From an uncultured Gammaproteobacteria bacterium (lineage in GTDB: Bacteria > Patescibacteriota > Patescibacteriia > Magasanikbacterales > UBA922): 64,000 nucleotides of DNA. Below the pieces are notes generated by a model. That model made no database searches, was not told where the DNA came from, and saw only the letters and a list, made by a program, of their open reading frames with translations. This document shows, in pieces, positions 36,314 to 46,506 of this stretch (position 1 is the first letter of the stretch; the number at the start of each line of letters is the position of its first letter). A program made the position numbers and the translations under genes. Location: positions 57,542 through 121,541 of the forward strand of contig CAZFUL010000003.1 in the NCBI GenBank assembly GCA_964522435.1, written 5' to 3'.

Positions 36314-38098
36314 TTATTGCTGTACTGACATCGATTCAATAACCCAATTTCCTCCTTTTTTCGCAGCTACAACTTTATCTCCAACATGAACTAAATTAGG
36401 TACTTTTGCTATTGGTTGTAAAAGGTCATTATCATTGGTAATGTTACTACTTTCACGTACCACTTTTCTCGCAATAGCGATTGCTTCTTTAGGCGATACC
36501 TTATCTGCTTCTGCAATCGTACGAGCAAGTGCTTTAATAACACCCATTCCCTCTGCTTGTTCAAAAACAATAGTATATGCATCACTATGGTGTTTTTCAA
36601 TCCGTAATCCATCTACTGAGTAAATACCACGAATTCCTTTTTTTTCTGGAGCAGCAGCTTGTTGGGTTTTTTCAGAAACAGCTGAATCCTTTTCTCGTGT
36701 TGCTGTTTCAATGGTATGCTTAGGTTTTGATTGTTCCGCTGCAGTGGTTGTTTCTTGATGTCTCCCATCAATAGAATTGCTGTCTGGAGTTGCTCTGCCA
36801 GCTGTGAGTCCTAAAAATAATCCTACTGCTGTTAACCCTCTTCCAATTTTACCAAAGAATCCTTTTTTGGCTACTGGTGGGGTTGGAGTGACTACCGTTG
36901 CTACCGGAATAGCTGTTACCCTGACGGTAGGGTCAACACTTTTTGATTTTTTTTCTGGGGGAATGGTTGTGTCTTCTGGGGATGTACGCGCTATTTCTAC
37001 CACTGGGTGGAGTGATTTTTTTGGGCTAGGTGCTTGTCCTTCTTTAAATGCTGCAAATAGAACATCTAATTCCCTTGTATCATATTGCACTTGTATGTTT
37101 CCACGGTCTTGCTCTTGTTGATCTAAAAATCCGAGTAACATTCTTGGATCTTCTGATAGATGGTTTGTTATAAATTCTCTAAAATAATTGTTTACTCTAT
37201 AATACGAAAATAATTTTATATGCTCTGATCGTGCGGTTACGTCATTTTTTGATAGATCGAGTACATATAAACATGCTAATTTTGTGTCAGCGGCGGTGGT
37301 AGGGTTAAGTGCCAACACCATTTCTACTTTTTCAACTATTTCTCCATTTGTGTAATGAGGCATTAGTTCATTAACAATATCAGCCACTTGTGGATTACCC
37401 TTTGTTTCGTAACTTGGTGTATCAGCTGATAAATCCTTTTTAATTTTTTGGTTCAATTGTTCCAAGCTGTGGGTTTGGGTAACGTGATCTGTTGTTAATG
37501 CAAAATCGTCTGTTTCATAATCATCAACAGGAGGTGTTGCTGCTCTAATTGGTTCGATGCCAACGTTAATAATAGTAGATGAAGGCGCTTGTTCTGTTCC
37601 TCGAATTGTATCAACACCGATGGCGTGTATAACAGCGGCTGGTTTTTCTTCTTGTGTGGTTTCGCTTCTTTCAGTTTCTTGAAATTGTTCTTTAGAAAGA
37701 CGAATATGAATGCGGTTTATTTTTTTTGCGAGGGGGTTGAGTTTTTCTGGTGGCATTCTTTTCCAGGCAGTACCCTTAAATTCTTCTATACCAAGACCTA
37801 TAAGCGTATCCTTCCCATGTTGAAGAATATAGCCTTCTATTTCTTGTAAGAGATCCGCTTTTTCTTGATCTCTTTTTTTATACATTTCTGATAAATCTCG
37901 TGCAATAATATCTAAATCATTAGCTACTTTTTTTCGTTCAGCAGCTTGCTCGTCGATGTGGCTTAAAGCCTGTCTTATTTTGAGACCTTTTTCATTATCC
38001 CCTCTTACTTCTTTAGGATCAGGAATTTGAGTTGCCTTTTTTTTATCTACCAAGGGGTTACGTTGACCAGGTTCGTAAATGGGTGGTTTTTCTGGCAT
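36314..38098 (-). CDS. Orphan protein with one TM and a degenerate LysM-like C-terminus
   Basis: 594-aa ORF; KKGFFGKIGRGLTAVGLFLGL; C-terminal PNLVHVGDKV. Confidence 0.7.
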   Translation of the reverse strand: MPEKPPIYEPGQRNPLVDKKKATQIPDPKEVRGDNEKGLKIRQALSHIDEQAAERKKVANDLDIIARDLSEMYKKRDQEKADLLQEIEGYILQHGKDTLIGLGIEEFKGTAWKRMPPEKLNPLAKKINRIHIRLSKEQFQETERSETTQEEKPAAVIHAIGVDTIRGTEQAPSSTIINVGIEPIRAATPPVDDYETDDFALTTDHVTQTHSLEQLNQKIKKDLSADTPSYETKGNPQVADIVNELMPHYTNGEIVEKVEMVLALNPTTAADTKLACLYVLDLSKNDVTARSEHIKLFSYYRVNNYFREFITNHLSEDPRMLLGFLDQQEQDRGNIQVQYDTRELDVLFAAFKEGQAPSPKKSLHPVVEIARTSPEDTTIPPEKKSKSVDPTVRVTAIPVATVVTPTPPVAKKGFFGKIGRGLTAVGLFLGLTAGRATPDSNSIDGRHQETTTAAEQSKPKHTIETATREKDSAVSEKTQQAAAPEKKGIRGIYSVDGLRIEKHHSDAYTIVFEQAEGMGVIKALARTIAEADKVSPKEAIAIARKVVRESSNITNDNDLLQPIAKVPNLVHVGDKVVAAKKGGNWVIESMSVQQ

Positions 38099-38209
38099 AG
38101 GTACGGTTTAAGTATTAAGAGACTGAATATAAATATCATATCACAAGATGAACTTTTTATTCCAGTGATATAAAAAACCAACGAAGGGATACTCGTTGGT
38201 TTTAGAATA

Positions 38210-38809
38210 TTATGCACGTTTAAATAACCCACTAAATAATCCAGAAACACGCGACCATGCTGATTTTTTTGGTGAAGAAGTAAACTGTGGTATAACTGGG
38301 TCTGTCACTGATGACATTTTTTGTTCCGCTGGTTGTGGAGGAACATTTGGGTAATGGTTAAGAAGGTCATTTCGTGCGGCAGCAATGCGCGCCAACCGTT
38401 CTTGTTTCGGTCTATCTTCTTTCAAAAAGTCTATGGTTGGGGGAGGAAGCTTTTCCATTGCCTCTCTAATTTTGGGATCAGTAATATGTTCAGGAATTTC
38501 TGAATATACATCCTCATCATTCATAAATGGGGCTTCTGCTTCTTCGTAAATTTTATTATATTCTTCTTCTCCTAATAAGGCTCTCGCTTCGTCTACACGT
38601 CGTTTTTCTTCTGCATCACTCATTATTGGAGAAATTTCTAATAAGGGTTTACTTGGGTTGTTTTTTGGTTTTTCTGCGAATTCTGCAATAGGAGGAAGAT
38701 AGGCTTCTGGCGGCAGTGGCGGTCTTGGAATGTCTCTATACCGTTTTTTATCACTTTTTACTAAAGAATCATTAAAACAGACATTCGAATGTTGTAATAC
38801 GACTGGCAT
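38210..38809 (-). CDS. Orphan Pro/Glu-rich protein with C-terminal amphipathic helix
   Basis: 199-aa ORF ending AWSRVSGLFSGLFKRA; consensus promoter upstream. Confidence 0.7.
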   Translation of the reverse strand: MPVVLQHSNVCFNDSLVKSDKKRYRDIPRPPLPPEAYLPPIAEFAEKPKNNPSKPLLEISPIMSDAEEKRRVDEARALLGEEEYNKIYEEAEAPFMNDEDVYSEIPEHITDPKIREAMEKLPPPTIDFLKEDRPKQERLARIAAARNDLLNHYPNVPPQPAEQKMSSVTDPVIPQFTSSPKKSAWSRVSGLFSGLFKRA

Positions 38810-38855
38810 AAAGAGTTACGTTATTTTTAGCTAAATTAAGCCAAAATACACTTCT

Positions 38856-38884
38856 ATTATAGCATAAAAAAGCGGTTTTGTCAA
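38856..38884 (-). promoter_or_regulatory. Perfect-consensus sigma70 promoter
   Basis: TTGACA-17-TATAAT with TG extended -10. Confidence 0.88.
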
Positions 38885-38962
38885 TCCGTGGTAGTTTTGT
38901 CGCTCTGTTTCTTGATTTTTTTTATATAAAAAGGTACACTTTGTCTCGTATTGAGACAAATT

Positions 38963-40303
38963 ATGCACAAATTAGCAAAAAAATACGCCTATCACATCAT
39001 GACCTTTGGCTGCCAAATGAATAAAAATGACTCAGAGCGGCTTGCTACGCTCTTGAATGGCTTATCTATGACAGAAAGCCCAACCGTAGAGGCGGCCGAT
39101 ATCATTATCATGAATAGTTGTAGTGTGCGGGAACGGGCAGAACACCGTATGTATGGCTTAGCACGGCGCTTTGCAGAGATGAAAAAGACCAAACCAGAGC
39201 TATTATTGTGTATTACGGGTTGTATGCCGGGGCGCGATAAGGATCAGGCGATGCGTAAAAAATTGCCTATGGTGGACTTTTTTTTCCCCACCAAAGACAT
39301 GACGCAGCTTCCTACCTGGCTTGCACAAGTGCGTCCAGAATTACGCCCCATGGAAGATTTAGATAAAGACTACTTATCCTTGCGGCCAAGTATAAAAAAG
39401 AAATATCAAGCATTTATCACCATTCAAACGGGTTGTAATCATTTTTGCAGCTATTGTGTGGTGCCCTTTTCTCGTGGGTTAGAACAAAATCGCTCACTGC
39501 ACGATATTCTTGCTGAAGCGCGTGCGTTGGCAGAACAGGGCTGTGTTGAAATAACCCTCTTAGGGCAAATTGTGAACCATTATATTGCCCCAGATCCGCA
39601 ATATTTTTCTCCTAATAATCCGTATACAAAAAGTCATTTTGCCAAATTACTGTGGGAAATGAATCACATACCAGGCATTGAACGAGTGCATTTTACCGCG
39701 CCACATCCTATTTTTATGACAGAGGAGGTTATTGATGCGCTGACACTTCCCAAACAACTTAACTATCTGCACCTTCCTGTTCAATCTGGAAATAACGACG
39801 TATTGCGCCGCATGAACCGTCGGCATACGCGAGAATTCTATATTGATTTGATCAAAAAAATTCGTGCAAAAAAACCAGATATTGCTATTGGGACAGATAT
39901 TATTGTCGGTTTCTGTGGAGAGACAGAAGAACAATTTCAAGATACAATAGAGTTGTATACGCAATGCGATTTTGATATTTCGTATACTGCACAATACTCT
40001 AGTCGCACGGGTACCCTGGCAGTAAAAATTTTTGAAGATGATGTCTCTATAGAAGAAAAAAAGAAACGCTGGTGGACATTGCAGCAGCAAATGGAACAAA
40101 CGGTGTTACGAAAAAATCAACAATATCTTAATACCACGGTATCCGTTTTGGTAGAAGAATGTCATGCCGGATGGTGTACAGGCAATTCACGAGAAATGAA
40201 ACGAATAAAATTTAAAGGAGATGCGTCGTTAATTGGAAAGATTGTATTGGTTGATATTTATAAAATAAGTGAATGGGTCTTGTGGGGGAGAAAAAGTCTA
40301 TGA
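38963..40303 (+). CDS. miaB: tRNA-2-methylthio-N6-dimethylallyladenosine synthase MiaB
   Basis: TFGCQMN..DS, NSCSVRE.AE, CNHFCSYC radical-SAM motif, TDIIVGF, TRAM domain. Confidence 0.95.
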   Translation: MHKLAKKYAYHIMTFGCQMNKNDSERLATLLNGLSMTESPTVEAADIIIMNSCSVRERAEHRMYGLARRFAEMKKTKPELLLCITGCMPGRDKDQAMRKKLPMVDFFFPTKDMTQLPTWLAQVRPELRPMEDLDKDYLSLRPSIKKKYQAFITIQTGCNHFCSYCVVPFSRGLEQNRSLHDILAEARALAEQGCVEITLLGQIVNHYIAPDPQYFSPNNPYTKSHFAKLLWEMNHIPGIERVHFTAPHPIFMTEEVIDALTLPKQLNYLHLPVQSGNNDVLRRMNRRHTREFYIDLIKKIRAKKPDIAIGTDIIVGFCGETEEQFQDTIELYTQCDFDISYTAQYSSRTGTLAVKIFEDDVSIEEKKKRWWTLQQQMEQTVLRKNQQYLNTTVSVLVEECHAGWCTGNSREMKRIKFKGDASLIGKIVLVDIYKISEWVLWGRKSL

Positions 40304-41259
40304 CAGATATGCAAAAAAATTCATTACAAAAAGTAGTGGTAATCGTTGGACCAACCGCAAGTGGAAAAACCTCTTTTGTGTTAGATATTGCGAAACATCT
40401 TCCTATTGAAGTTATTTCTGCAGATTCACGACAGCTGTATAAAAAAATGACTATTGGAACAGCGAAGCCTACTGGTGAATGGAAATGGCACACGAGTTGG
40501 CGTGGATTACGCCATACGTTTTATGTTGATGCAGTGGCGCATCACTTAGTCGATATTATTGATCCTGGTACTCGCTTTACGGTGGCGGAATTTCGAGATC
40601 GTGCCATGAAATATATAAAATTAGCCTATAAAAATGATCGTATTCCTTTTGTTGTTGGTGGAACTGGCTTATACGTATCCTCTTTGGTTGATAATTATAA
40701 AATTCCTCGTATTGCGGCGAATAAAAAATTACGAAATTCTTTAGAAGAAAAAAGTCATGAGCAATTGCTTCGATTATTAACAGAAATGGATCCCTTAAGC
40801 GCTGAAACAATTGATAAACATAATAAACGTCGATTGATTCGTGCGCTAGAGGTGTGTATATTATCCGGAGGTAAATTTTCTGCACATCGCCAAAAAGGAG
40901 AACCCATGTTTGATTTTTTACAAGTGGGTATTGATGTCCCACGGCCGCTTTTATATGAACGAATTAATACGCGCATTGATGCCATGATGGCTGAAGGGCT
41001 TCTTGATGAAATACAAGCACTCCGTAAGCAAAAATATAGCTGGGAATTACCGAGTATGAGTGGTATTGGCTATCGTCAGTTTAAAGAGCATTTGGATGGG
41101 GATATGTCACTTGAAACAGCGGTAGAACAATTAAAAAGAGACACGCGGCGTTACGCACGGCGACAAATGAGTTGGTTTCGACGCGATAAACGGATTGAAT
41201 GGTTTTCTGATGCGTTAGCGCTGGAACAGCGAGTGAAAGAATTTCTTGAATTACCTTAA
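40300..41259 (+). CDS. miaA: tRNA dimethylallyltransferase MiaA
   Basis: GPTASGKT, SADSRQ.Y..M.IGTAKP, VGGTGLY, IGYRQ, YARRQ; ATGA overlap with miaB. Confidence 0.96.
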   Translation: MTDMQKNSLQKVVVIVGPTASGKTSFVLDIAKHLPIEVISADSRQLYKKMTIGTAKPTGEWKWHTSWRGLRHTFYVDAVAHHLVDIIDPGTRFTVAEFRDRAMKYIKLAYKNDRIPFVVGGTGLYVSSLVDNYKIPRIAANKKLRNSLEEKSHEQLLRLLTEMDPLSAETIDKHNKRRLIRALEVCILSGGKFSAHRQKGEPMFDFLQVGIDVPRPLLYERINTRIDAMMAEGLLDEIQALRKQKYSWELPSMSGIGYRQFKEHLDGDMSLETAVEQLKRDTRRYARRQMSWFRRDKRIEWFSDALALEQRVKEFLELP

Positions 41260-41327
41260 GAGTAGCGGCCGTTGTGTCGCTGTGGTACACTAACTACCTA
41301 GAGTGATTGTCCGTAGTATATTTGTAT

Positions 41328-42014
41328 ATGCCTGGCGTATTACCTCCTACATTACCTTCTTCTCACCCGTCAACTGGTGCACCGTTTGGATTGCCAAAAC
41401 CGAACATCAAAAGTTCTGTATTTAGCGACGAAAGAAAACAGGCGGTTGTCTCTATCCATCAAAAAGAAGTTGGCGATAATCGGCCAAGTACCTCTATAAC
41501 GCATATTGGGGCAGAGGGAGAAACAGCCACAACCTCTGTTGCCCGTGAACAACAACATGCGGCAAGAACCTCTATTTATGGTGAGGAAAGACAAGAGACT
41601 GATCCAGGGCAAGATGAACGCCGCTATGACTATATTCGTCGTATTGTTCGGGCGCGTCAAGCAAAACAAGCTGCAGAAGCAGAAGAGCAAGCGGCTCAGA
41701 AAGCGGCAAGTGCTTCTCAAGGAGGTATATTTCATCCGGGAAAAGGGGCAGGTTTTGGCAAAGTTGGATTCCACAAAAAGATTCGATCATTTTTTAGTGA
41801 TAATCGGGAAAAATATAAAAATATTTCTGTTGAAGATAGACAAGTCTTAGAAAATATTGTCAGTGAACGAGCCACACACAAGTCTGTTGGGCAAGGATTT
41901 ACTGGAAGAGATAAAAGACAAATGCGCTTAGCAGCAAAACGGGCAAAATTACGAGGAGAAATTTCTAAAGAAGACGTAAAAGATTTTACAAAAATTATTA
42001 GTTCGTTAGAATAG
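41328..42014 (+). CDS. Hypothetical protein with basic helical C-terminus
   Basis: ORF fills the gap before a terminator; start MPGVLPP. Confidence 0.65.
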   Translation: MPGVLPPTLPSSHPSTGAPFGLPKPNIKSSVFSDERKQAVVSIHQKEVGDNRPSTSITHIGAEGETATTSVAREQQHAARTSIYGEERQETDPGQDERRYDYIRRIVRARQAKQAAEAEEQAAQKAASASQGGIFHPGKGAGFGKVGFHKKIRSFFSDNREKYKNISVEDRQVLENIVSERATHKSVGQGFTGRDKRQMRLAAKRAKLRGEISKEDVKDFTKIISSLE

Positions 42015-42037
42015 TCAATGACCAACGAACAATGAGT

Positions 42038-42084
42038 AAATAAAAAACCATCTTTATGGTATGCATAGATGGTTTTTTATTTTT
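42038..42084. terminator. Bidirectional terminator
   Basis: AAATAAAAAACCATCT..AGATGGTTTTTTATTT. Confidence 0.8.
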
Positions 42085-42092
42085 GTTCATTG

Positions 42093-43658
42093 CTAATCCT
42101 TGATTGCTAATTTATTGGTAAAAGCTTGCTCCAATAGCTGTGGATCTGCCGTTCCTTCGGACGCCTTCATCGCCATACCAACAAGAAATTGTAAGACCGT
42201 GGTTTTTCCCTCTTGATATTCTTTTACTTGTTTAGGATAACTGATAAGAACCGTATCAACCAGCTGTTGAATAGTTGCGTCATCGCGGACTTGTCCATAG
42301 CCTTTTTCTTCCATAATATGATTGGGATCAACATCAGTACCCAGAGTAAGCATATCAGCAAGAAGTTTTTGTGCGTTGGTAGAATTTATTTTTTCTGTAT
42401 ATATCAAAAAGATAAGCTCAGCAAAATTTTCTGCAGAAATACGCACATCAGTGATTACCATTGCTCGTTCATAGAGTTGTCCTTGCAATTTCGTTCCTAA
42501 CCAGCCACCAACCAAGCGAGCAATTTTTTGTTTTTTTTCTTCCAAAATTTCATCACTGTCTTTATCTATCTCTGGTGAAGCGTGCAGCCATTCAATAGTC
42601 TCACTCATAACAGCTTCGGTAAATGCCGCAAGGTGGCGATCGGTACTGAGTAAGCGGGCGTCAGCATAGGAAAAACCATATTCTTCTCGAAAGCGTTGTC
42701 GTTTTGCAATGGGGAGTTCTGGCAGCGCAATATGGCCGGCGATTATTTCTGGATGGAAAGGAGGAATATCTGGTTCGGGAAAATAGCGATAATCAGCGGC
42801 ATTTTCTTTCAGCCGTTGCATAACGGTTTCTCCTGTTTTATCATCCCACCCCCTTGTTTGTTGCTGCCAAGATTCTCCCTGTTCGAGTAATCCGGTTTGG
42901 CGGTGTATTTCGTAGAGGATCGCTTTTTCAACCGCCTTAAATGAATTAAGATTTTTAATTTCGACTTTTGCATTAAGGCGATAGCCCTCTTTGGGCACCA
43001 CTGCGCCGTCAATAATATCAAAACGCCCTTCTTCTTGGAGAGAAATGTTTACTTCACAACGCATGTGCCCTTTTTCCATATCGGCATCACTTACCTGAAG
43101 CGCTTTAAGAAGGAGTTGTAATTCTTGGCAATATACTTTTGCTTCTGTGGCGGATTGGATATCTGGGTCTGTAACAATTTCAACTAAAGGCGTGCCAGAA
43201 CGGTTAAAGTCAACGAGCGTACTGCCATCTGCTTGGTGAATAAGTTTTGCTGTATCTTCTTCTAAATGAATACGACGAATGCCAATAGTAGCGGCGGGTC
43301 GATTATTCTCTTCTAATTCAAACGTTAGCGTGAACGATCCATGCTCTGCGATAGGTTGGTCGTATTGAGAAATTTGGTAGCCTTTAGGAAGATCTGGATA
43401 AAAATAATGTTTCCGATCAAATTTTGAAAGGGGACGAATAGTACAATTAAGGGCTTTCCCTATGGCTACGGTCCAGGCGATTGCTTGTTTATTTACTAAG
43501 GGCAATGTCCCTGGATGACCGAGACAAATAGGACAAATATGATGATTGGCTTCTTTTGTATCCGGATTATTAGTACACGCGCAAAACATGCCACTCTTTG
43601 TTTTTAACTCTACATGCACTTCCATGCCAATAATTGGGGTATATGTTTTTTTACTCAT
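42093..43658 (-). CDS. gatB: Asp/Glu-tRNA amidotransferase subunit B
   Basis: IGMEVHVEL, FDRKHYFYPDLPKGYQISQ, IHLEED, DFNRSGTPL.EIV, DYRYFPEPD. Confidence 0.97.
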   Translation of the reverse strand: MSKKTYTPIIGMEVHVELKTKSGMFCACTNNPDTKEANHHICPICLGHPGTLPLVNKQAIAWTVAIGKALNCTIRPLSKFDRKHYFYPDLPKGYQISQYDQPIAEHGSFTLTFELEENNRPAATIGIRRIHLEEDTAKLIHQADGSTLVDFNRSGTPLVEIVTDPDIQSATEAKVYCQELQLLLKALQVSDADMEKGHMRCEVNISLQEEGRFDIIDGAVVPKEGYRLNAKVEIKNLNSFKAVEKAILYEIHRQTGLLEQGESWQQQTRGWDDKTGETVMQRLKENAADYRYFPEPDIPPFHPEIIAGHIALPELPIAKRQRFREEYGFSYADARLLSTDRHLAAFTEAVMSETIEWLHASPEIDKDSDEILEEKKQKIARLVGGWLGTKLQGQLYERAMVITDVRISAENFAELIFLIYTEKINSTNAQKLLADMLTLGTDVDPNHIMEEKGYGQVRDDATIQQLVDTVLISYPKQVKEYQEGKTTVLQFLVGMAMKASEGTADPQLLEQAFTNKLAIKD

Positions 43659-43766
43659 ACAGTACTGATAAAAGCCGTATCAGGATTGTATCATGAGGGG
43701 GTAAAATTACAAGTTCGGAACAGTATAAAAACAGACATCAGGGTTGTTTGCCCTGATGGTTGTTGA

Positions 43767-44501
43767 TTATGCCTTTGTTTGTTTGAGTTCTTCGTACAAA
43801 ATGGTAATGGCACTCGTAGATAACGGCGTGAGGAGGAGACTGAGCAATGTTGATAGTAATGCGATCATACCAGAGAGGGCTAACGCAATTGTAGGGGTAG
43901 CCGTTTCTGGTAAGACAAATGATAGTATGAGAGAAAGGATGCCATCTGCGATAAGCGCAAAGAGAATAAACACTACGGTGGGTGCTACTAAACGACCAAG
44001 TACAGGGAAGAATCTTCCGGCTACTAACATTTTACTTTCTTTGAGTGCAGCCATTCCTTTTGTTCCATCAATACTTACATGATAAAAGGCAAAAACATAC
44101 CAAATAATAAAGACAATGCCTGGGATAAATAAGAGAAATAGTCCTCCAAGAACAATGAGTCCTGTTAATATGGATACCCAAAGTGTTGGAAGAAAAAGAG
44201 CGCTTGCTTCTTTGAGTGATGCGTTGATAGGGCCAGTGGTTTGCGTGGTGTAGGCTTTTGCCGTAGCGCGGATAAAGGCAATAGAAATCCAGAGGCTACT
44301 ACTATATACAATGACAAACAAGACAATACTCAGAATTCGCGCAGCGAGGCCTTGAAGTTCCGCCATTGCCCCAAGGATGCTGATCATTACTGCTAGGGCT
44401 GTTGGAATAAATAAAAGAAGCATGTAGCGGATAAATACTCTGTAATGGACTTTGTATAAAAAGATGCTACGTTTAATAATATCTGTAGAAGAGAGGAGCA
44501 T
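43767..44501 (-). CDS. Polytopic membrane protein
   Basis: LFIPGI..W..AL.ES..LV.GRF pattern; about five TMs. Confidence 0.8.
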   Translation of the reverse strand: MLLSSTDIIKRSIFLYKVHYRVFIRYMLLLFIPTALAVMISILGAMAELQGLAARILSIVLFVIVYSSSLWISIAFIRATAKAYTTQTTGPINASLKEASALFLPTLWVSILTGLIVLGGLFLLFIPGIVFIIWYVFAFYHVSIDGTKGMAALKESKMLVAGRFFPVLGRLVAPTVVFILFALIADGILSLILSFVLPETATPTIALALSGMIALLSTLLSLLLTPLSTSAITILYEELKQTKA

Positions 44502-44559
44502 AGAAAAAATCTAAAATCAAAATATATAGATGAAGTATAGCAAAAAGTAAGAAATAAGA

Positions 44560-45141
44560 CTATTGGCGTATCTGTGTGTTGACGATCTGCCACAGGTGTT
44601 CATGAATGCTGTCGATTGATTGATTCGCGTCTATTGGCAGCCAGCCACGTTCTTGCGCCAGTTGTTTATGTGCCTCACGGACGACCGTCATAAGCGCATC
44701 ATTGGTTTCATGTTTATGGCCTTGTTCTGTTGCTTCGGTAAATCGTTCTCCATCAAACAAAAAAGCAAGATCTTCTTGTAATAAGTGCGCATTAATGGTT
44801 TCGAGGTATGGTTTATCAACCCCTGCACCAATTCCCCAGGCAATGCCTGTTCCGGTATAATCTTCTGCAACAATATGTATTCCCTTTGCCAAGAATTGTT
44901 TGAGTGTTTCTTCGTATTGGGTTCTGTTTAACGCGTAAATTGTTTGACCTTCTCTTGCAGAGAGGTTGAAGGGGTTACCTTGTCGTAAATACGCATTGAG
45001 CATTGTGCCAGAGGGATGAATATCATAAATAGGGTATTTAAGATATTGTGCAGGATAGCCTTCTTTATTCAAGCGCTCTACCAATTTTTTTGCTTGAGTG
45101 GATTTTCCCAGGTTGTTGATACCGTAGAGGACAATGAACAT
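44560..45141 (-). CDS. tmk: Divergent thymidylate kinase
   Basis: P-loop GINNLGKSTQ, KYP, NR; last gene of the thyA-folA operon. Confidence 0.8.
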   Translation of the reverse strand: MFIVLYGINNLGKSTQAKKLVERLNKEGYPAQYLKYPIYDIHPSGTMLNAYLRQGNPFNLSAREGQTIYALNRTQYEETLKQFLAKGIHIVAEDYTGTGIAWGIGAGVDKPYLETINAHLLQEDLAFLFDGERFTEATEQGHKHETNDALMTVVREAHKQLAQERGWLPIDANQSIDSIHEHLWQIVNTQIRQ

Positions 45142-45149
45142 ACAAAATA

Positions 45150-45620
45150 TTATTTTTTGATATAGGTGACAAAAGAAAATAGGGGATGATCTTCTCGTTC
45201 AATTTCTTTCCATATTGTCGGGTCGATTGCGGGGAAAAAGGCATCACCATCTACTGTTTGATCAACATGCGTGATATATAAGCGATCTGAGAGAGCAATG
45301 GTTTGCGCATAGAGTTCTGCGCCACCAATAATAAAGAGCTGTTCGTTTGCATGGGCATCGAGTGCCGCTTGCGGCGAGCCATAGCGAAGAACCTCTTGGG
45401 GAAGAGGGTATTGTTCTTGTCGAGTAATAACAATATTTTTTCTATTTGGCAGGGGACGAAATTGTTCTGGGAGAGATTCCCATGTTTTTCTTCCCATCAT
45501 AACCGTTGCGTCAGTTGTGAGGCGTTTAAAATGCGCCAAATCTTCTGGAAGATGCCACGGCAGTGTGCCATTGTTTCCAATACAATTATTTTTAGCAATC
45601 GCGGCAATTAATGCAATCAT
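45150..45620 (-). CDS. folA: Dihydrofolate reductase
   Basis: IG..LPWHLPEDL.HFK, MGRKTWES, RPLPNR, IGGA, GDAFFP. Confidence 0.97.
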   Translation of the reverse strand: MIALIAAIAKNNCIGNNGTLPWHLPEDLAHFKRLTTDATVMMGRKTWESLPEQFRPLPNRKNIVITRQEQYPLPQEVLRYGSPQAALDAHANEQLFIIGGAELYAQTIALSDRLYITHVDQTVDGDAFFPAIDPTIWKEIEREDHPLFSFVTYIKK

Positions 45621-46495
45621 ACAGCAATAGGAAAAGAAATACGGGGATGACTTTGGTAATTTTTGAGAATGGTATCTGTGTAGGTCCAGTCAAATATACT
45701 TGAGAAGCTGCTTGTTTCAATCTGAGGTAGAGGATAGAGATGGGGATCTCTTTGTAATTGTTCTTTTGCTCCCTCAATATGATTAAGATAAATATGGGTG
45801 TCTGCCAAAAAGCCAACCAATTTTCCTTCTTGTAATCCAGATTCTTTTGCTAAGAGATGTAATAATAAAGCATAACTCGCGATATTAAATGGCAAACCCA
45901 ACATAACATCTACCGATCGTTGGTTCCAGAGTAAATTCAATTTACCGTCAATAACGGTTATTTGAAAATTATAATGACAAGGGGGGAGTGCCATCTGGTT
46001 CATCATGCTTGGGTTCCATGCGCACACTAATAGGCGACGGCTAGACGGATCTTTTTTCAGGGTATCAACTAATTGTTTGAGTTGATCAATCCCTTGTCCA
46101 TCATAATTACTATCCCAATTTTCATAGCGTGCATTATAATGCCGCCATTGAAATCCATACACGGGGCCAAGATCACGCTCTTGTTGCATCCGTTCTTTTG
46201 CGGCTTCATCGTGGCCATAGGCTGCTTTTTGTGGATTTGCCCATTCATCCCAAATATGATTATTTCTGTCTTTGAGCCATTGCTTGTCTGTAATGCCTTT
46301 AATAAAAAATTCTAACTCAGAGGCAATCAGAGAGAAGGGCATTTTTTTTGTGGTTAACAGAGGAAATCCTTGTGCCATGTCGTGTTCAAACATGGTGCCC
46401 GCAATGGCAAGGGTACCGGTACCGGTTCTATCTTCTTTTTTGACGCCGGTAGTGAGTACCTGGCGGACAATATTCAAATATGCATCCATAATCAA
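45617..46495 (-). CDS. thyA: Thymidylate synthase
   Basis: DRTGTGT, GFPLLTTKK, GPVYGFQWR, MALPPCH, QRSVD..LGLPFNIASY. Confidence 0.97.
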   Translation of the reverse strand: MIMDAYLNIVRQVLTTGVKKEDRTGTGTLAIAGTMFEHDMAQGFPLLTTKKMPFSLIASELEFFIKGITDKQWLKDRNNHIWDEWANPQKAAYGHDEAAKERMQQERDLGPVYGFQWRHYNARYENWDSNYDGQGIDQLKQLVDTLKKDPSSRRLLVCAWNPSMMNQMALPPCHYNFQITVIDGKLNLLWNQRSVDVMLGLPFNIASYALLLHLLAKESGLQEGKLVGFLADTHIYLNHIEGAKEQLQRDPHLYPLPQIETSSFSSIFDWTYTDTILKNYQSHPRISFPIAV

Positions 46496-46506
46496 ACAAT
46501 TAACGC

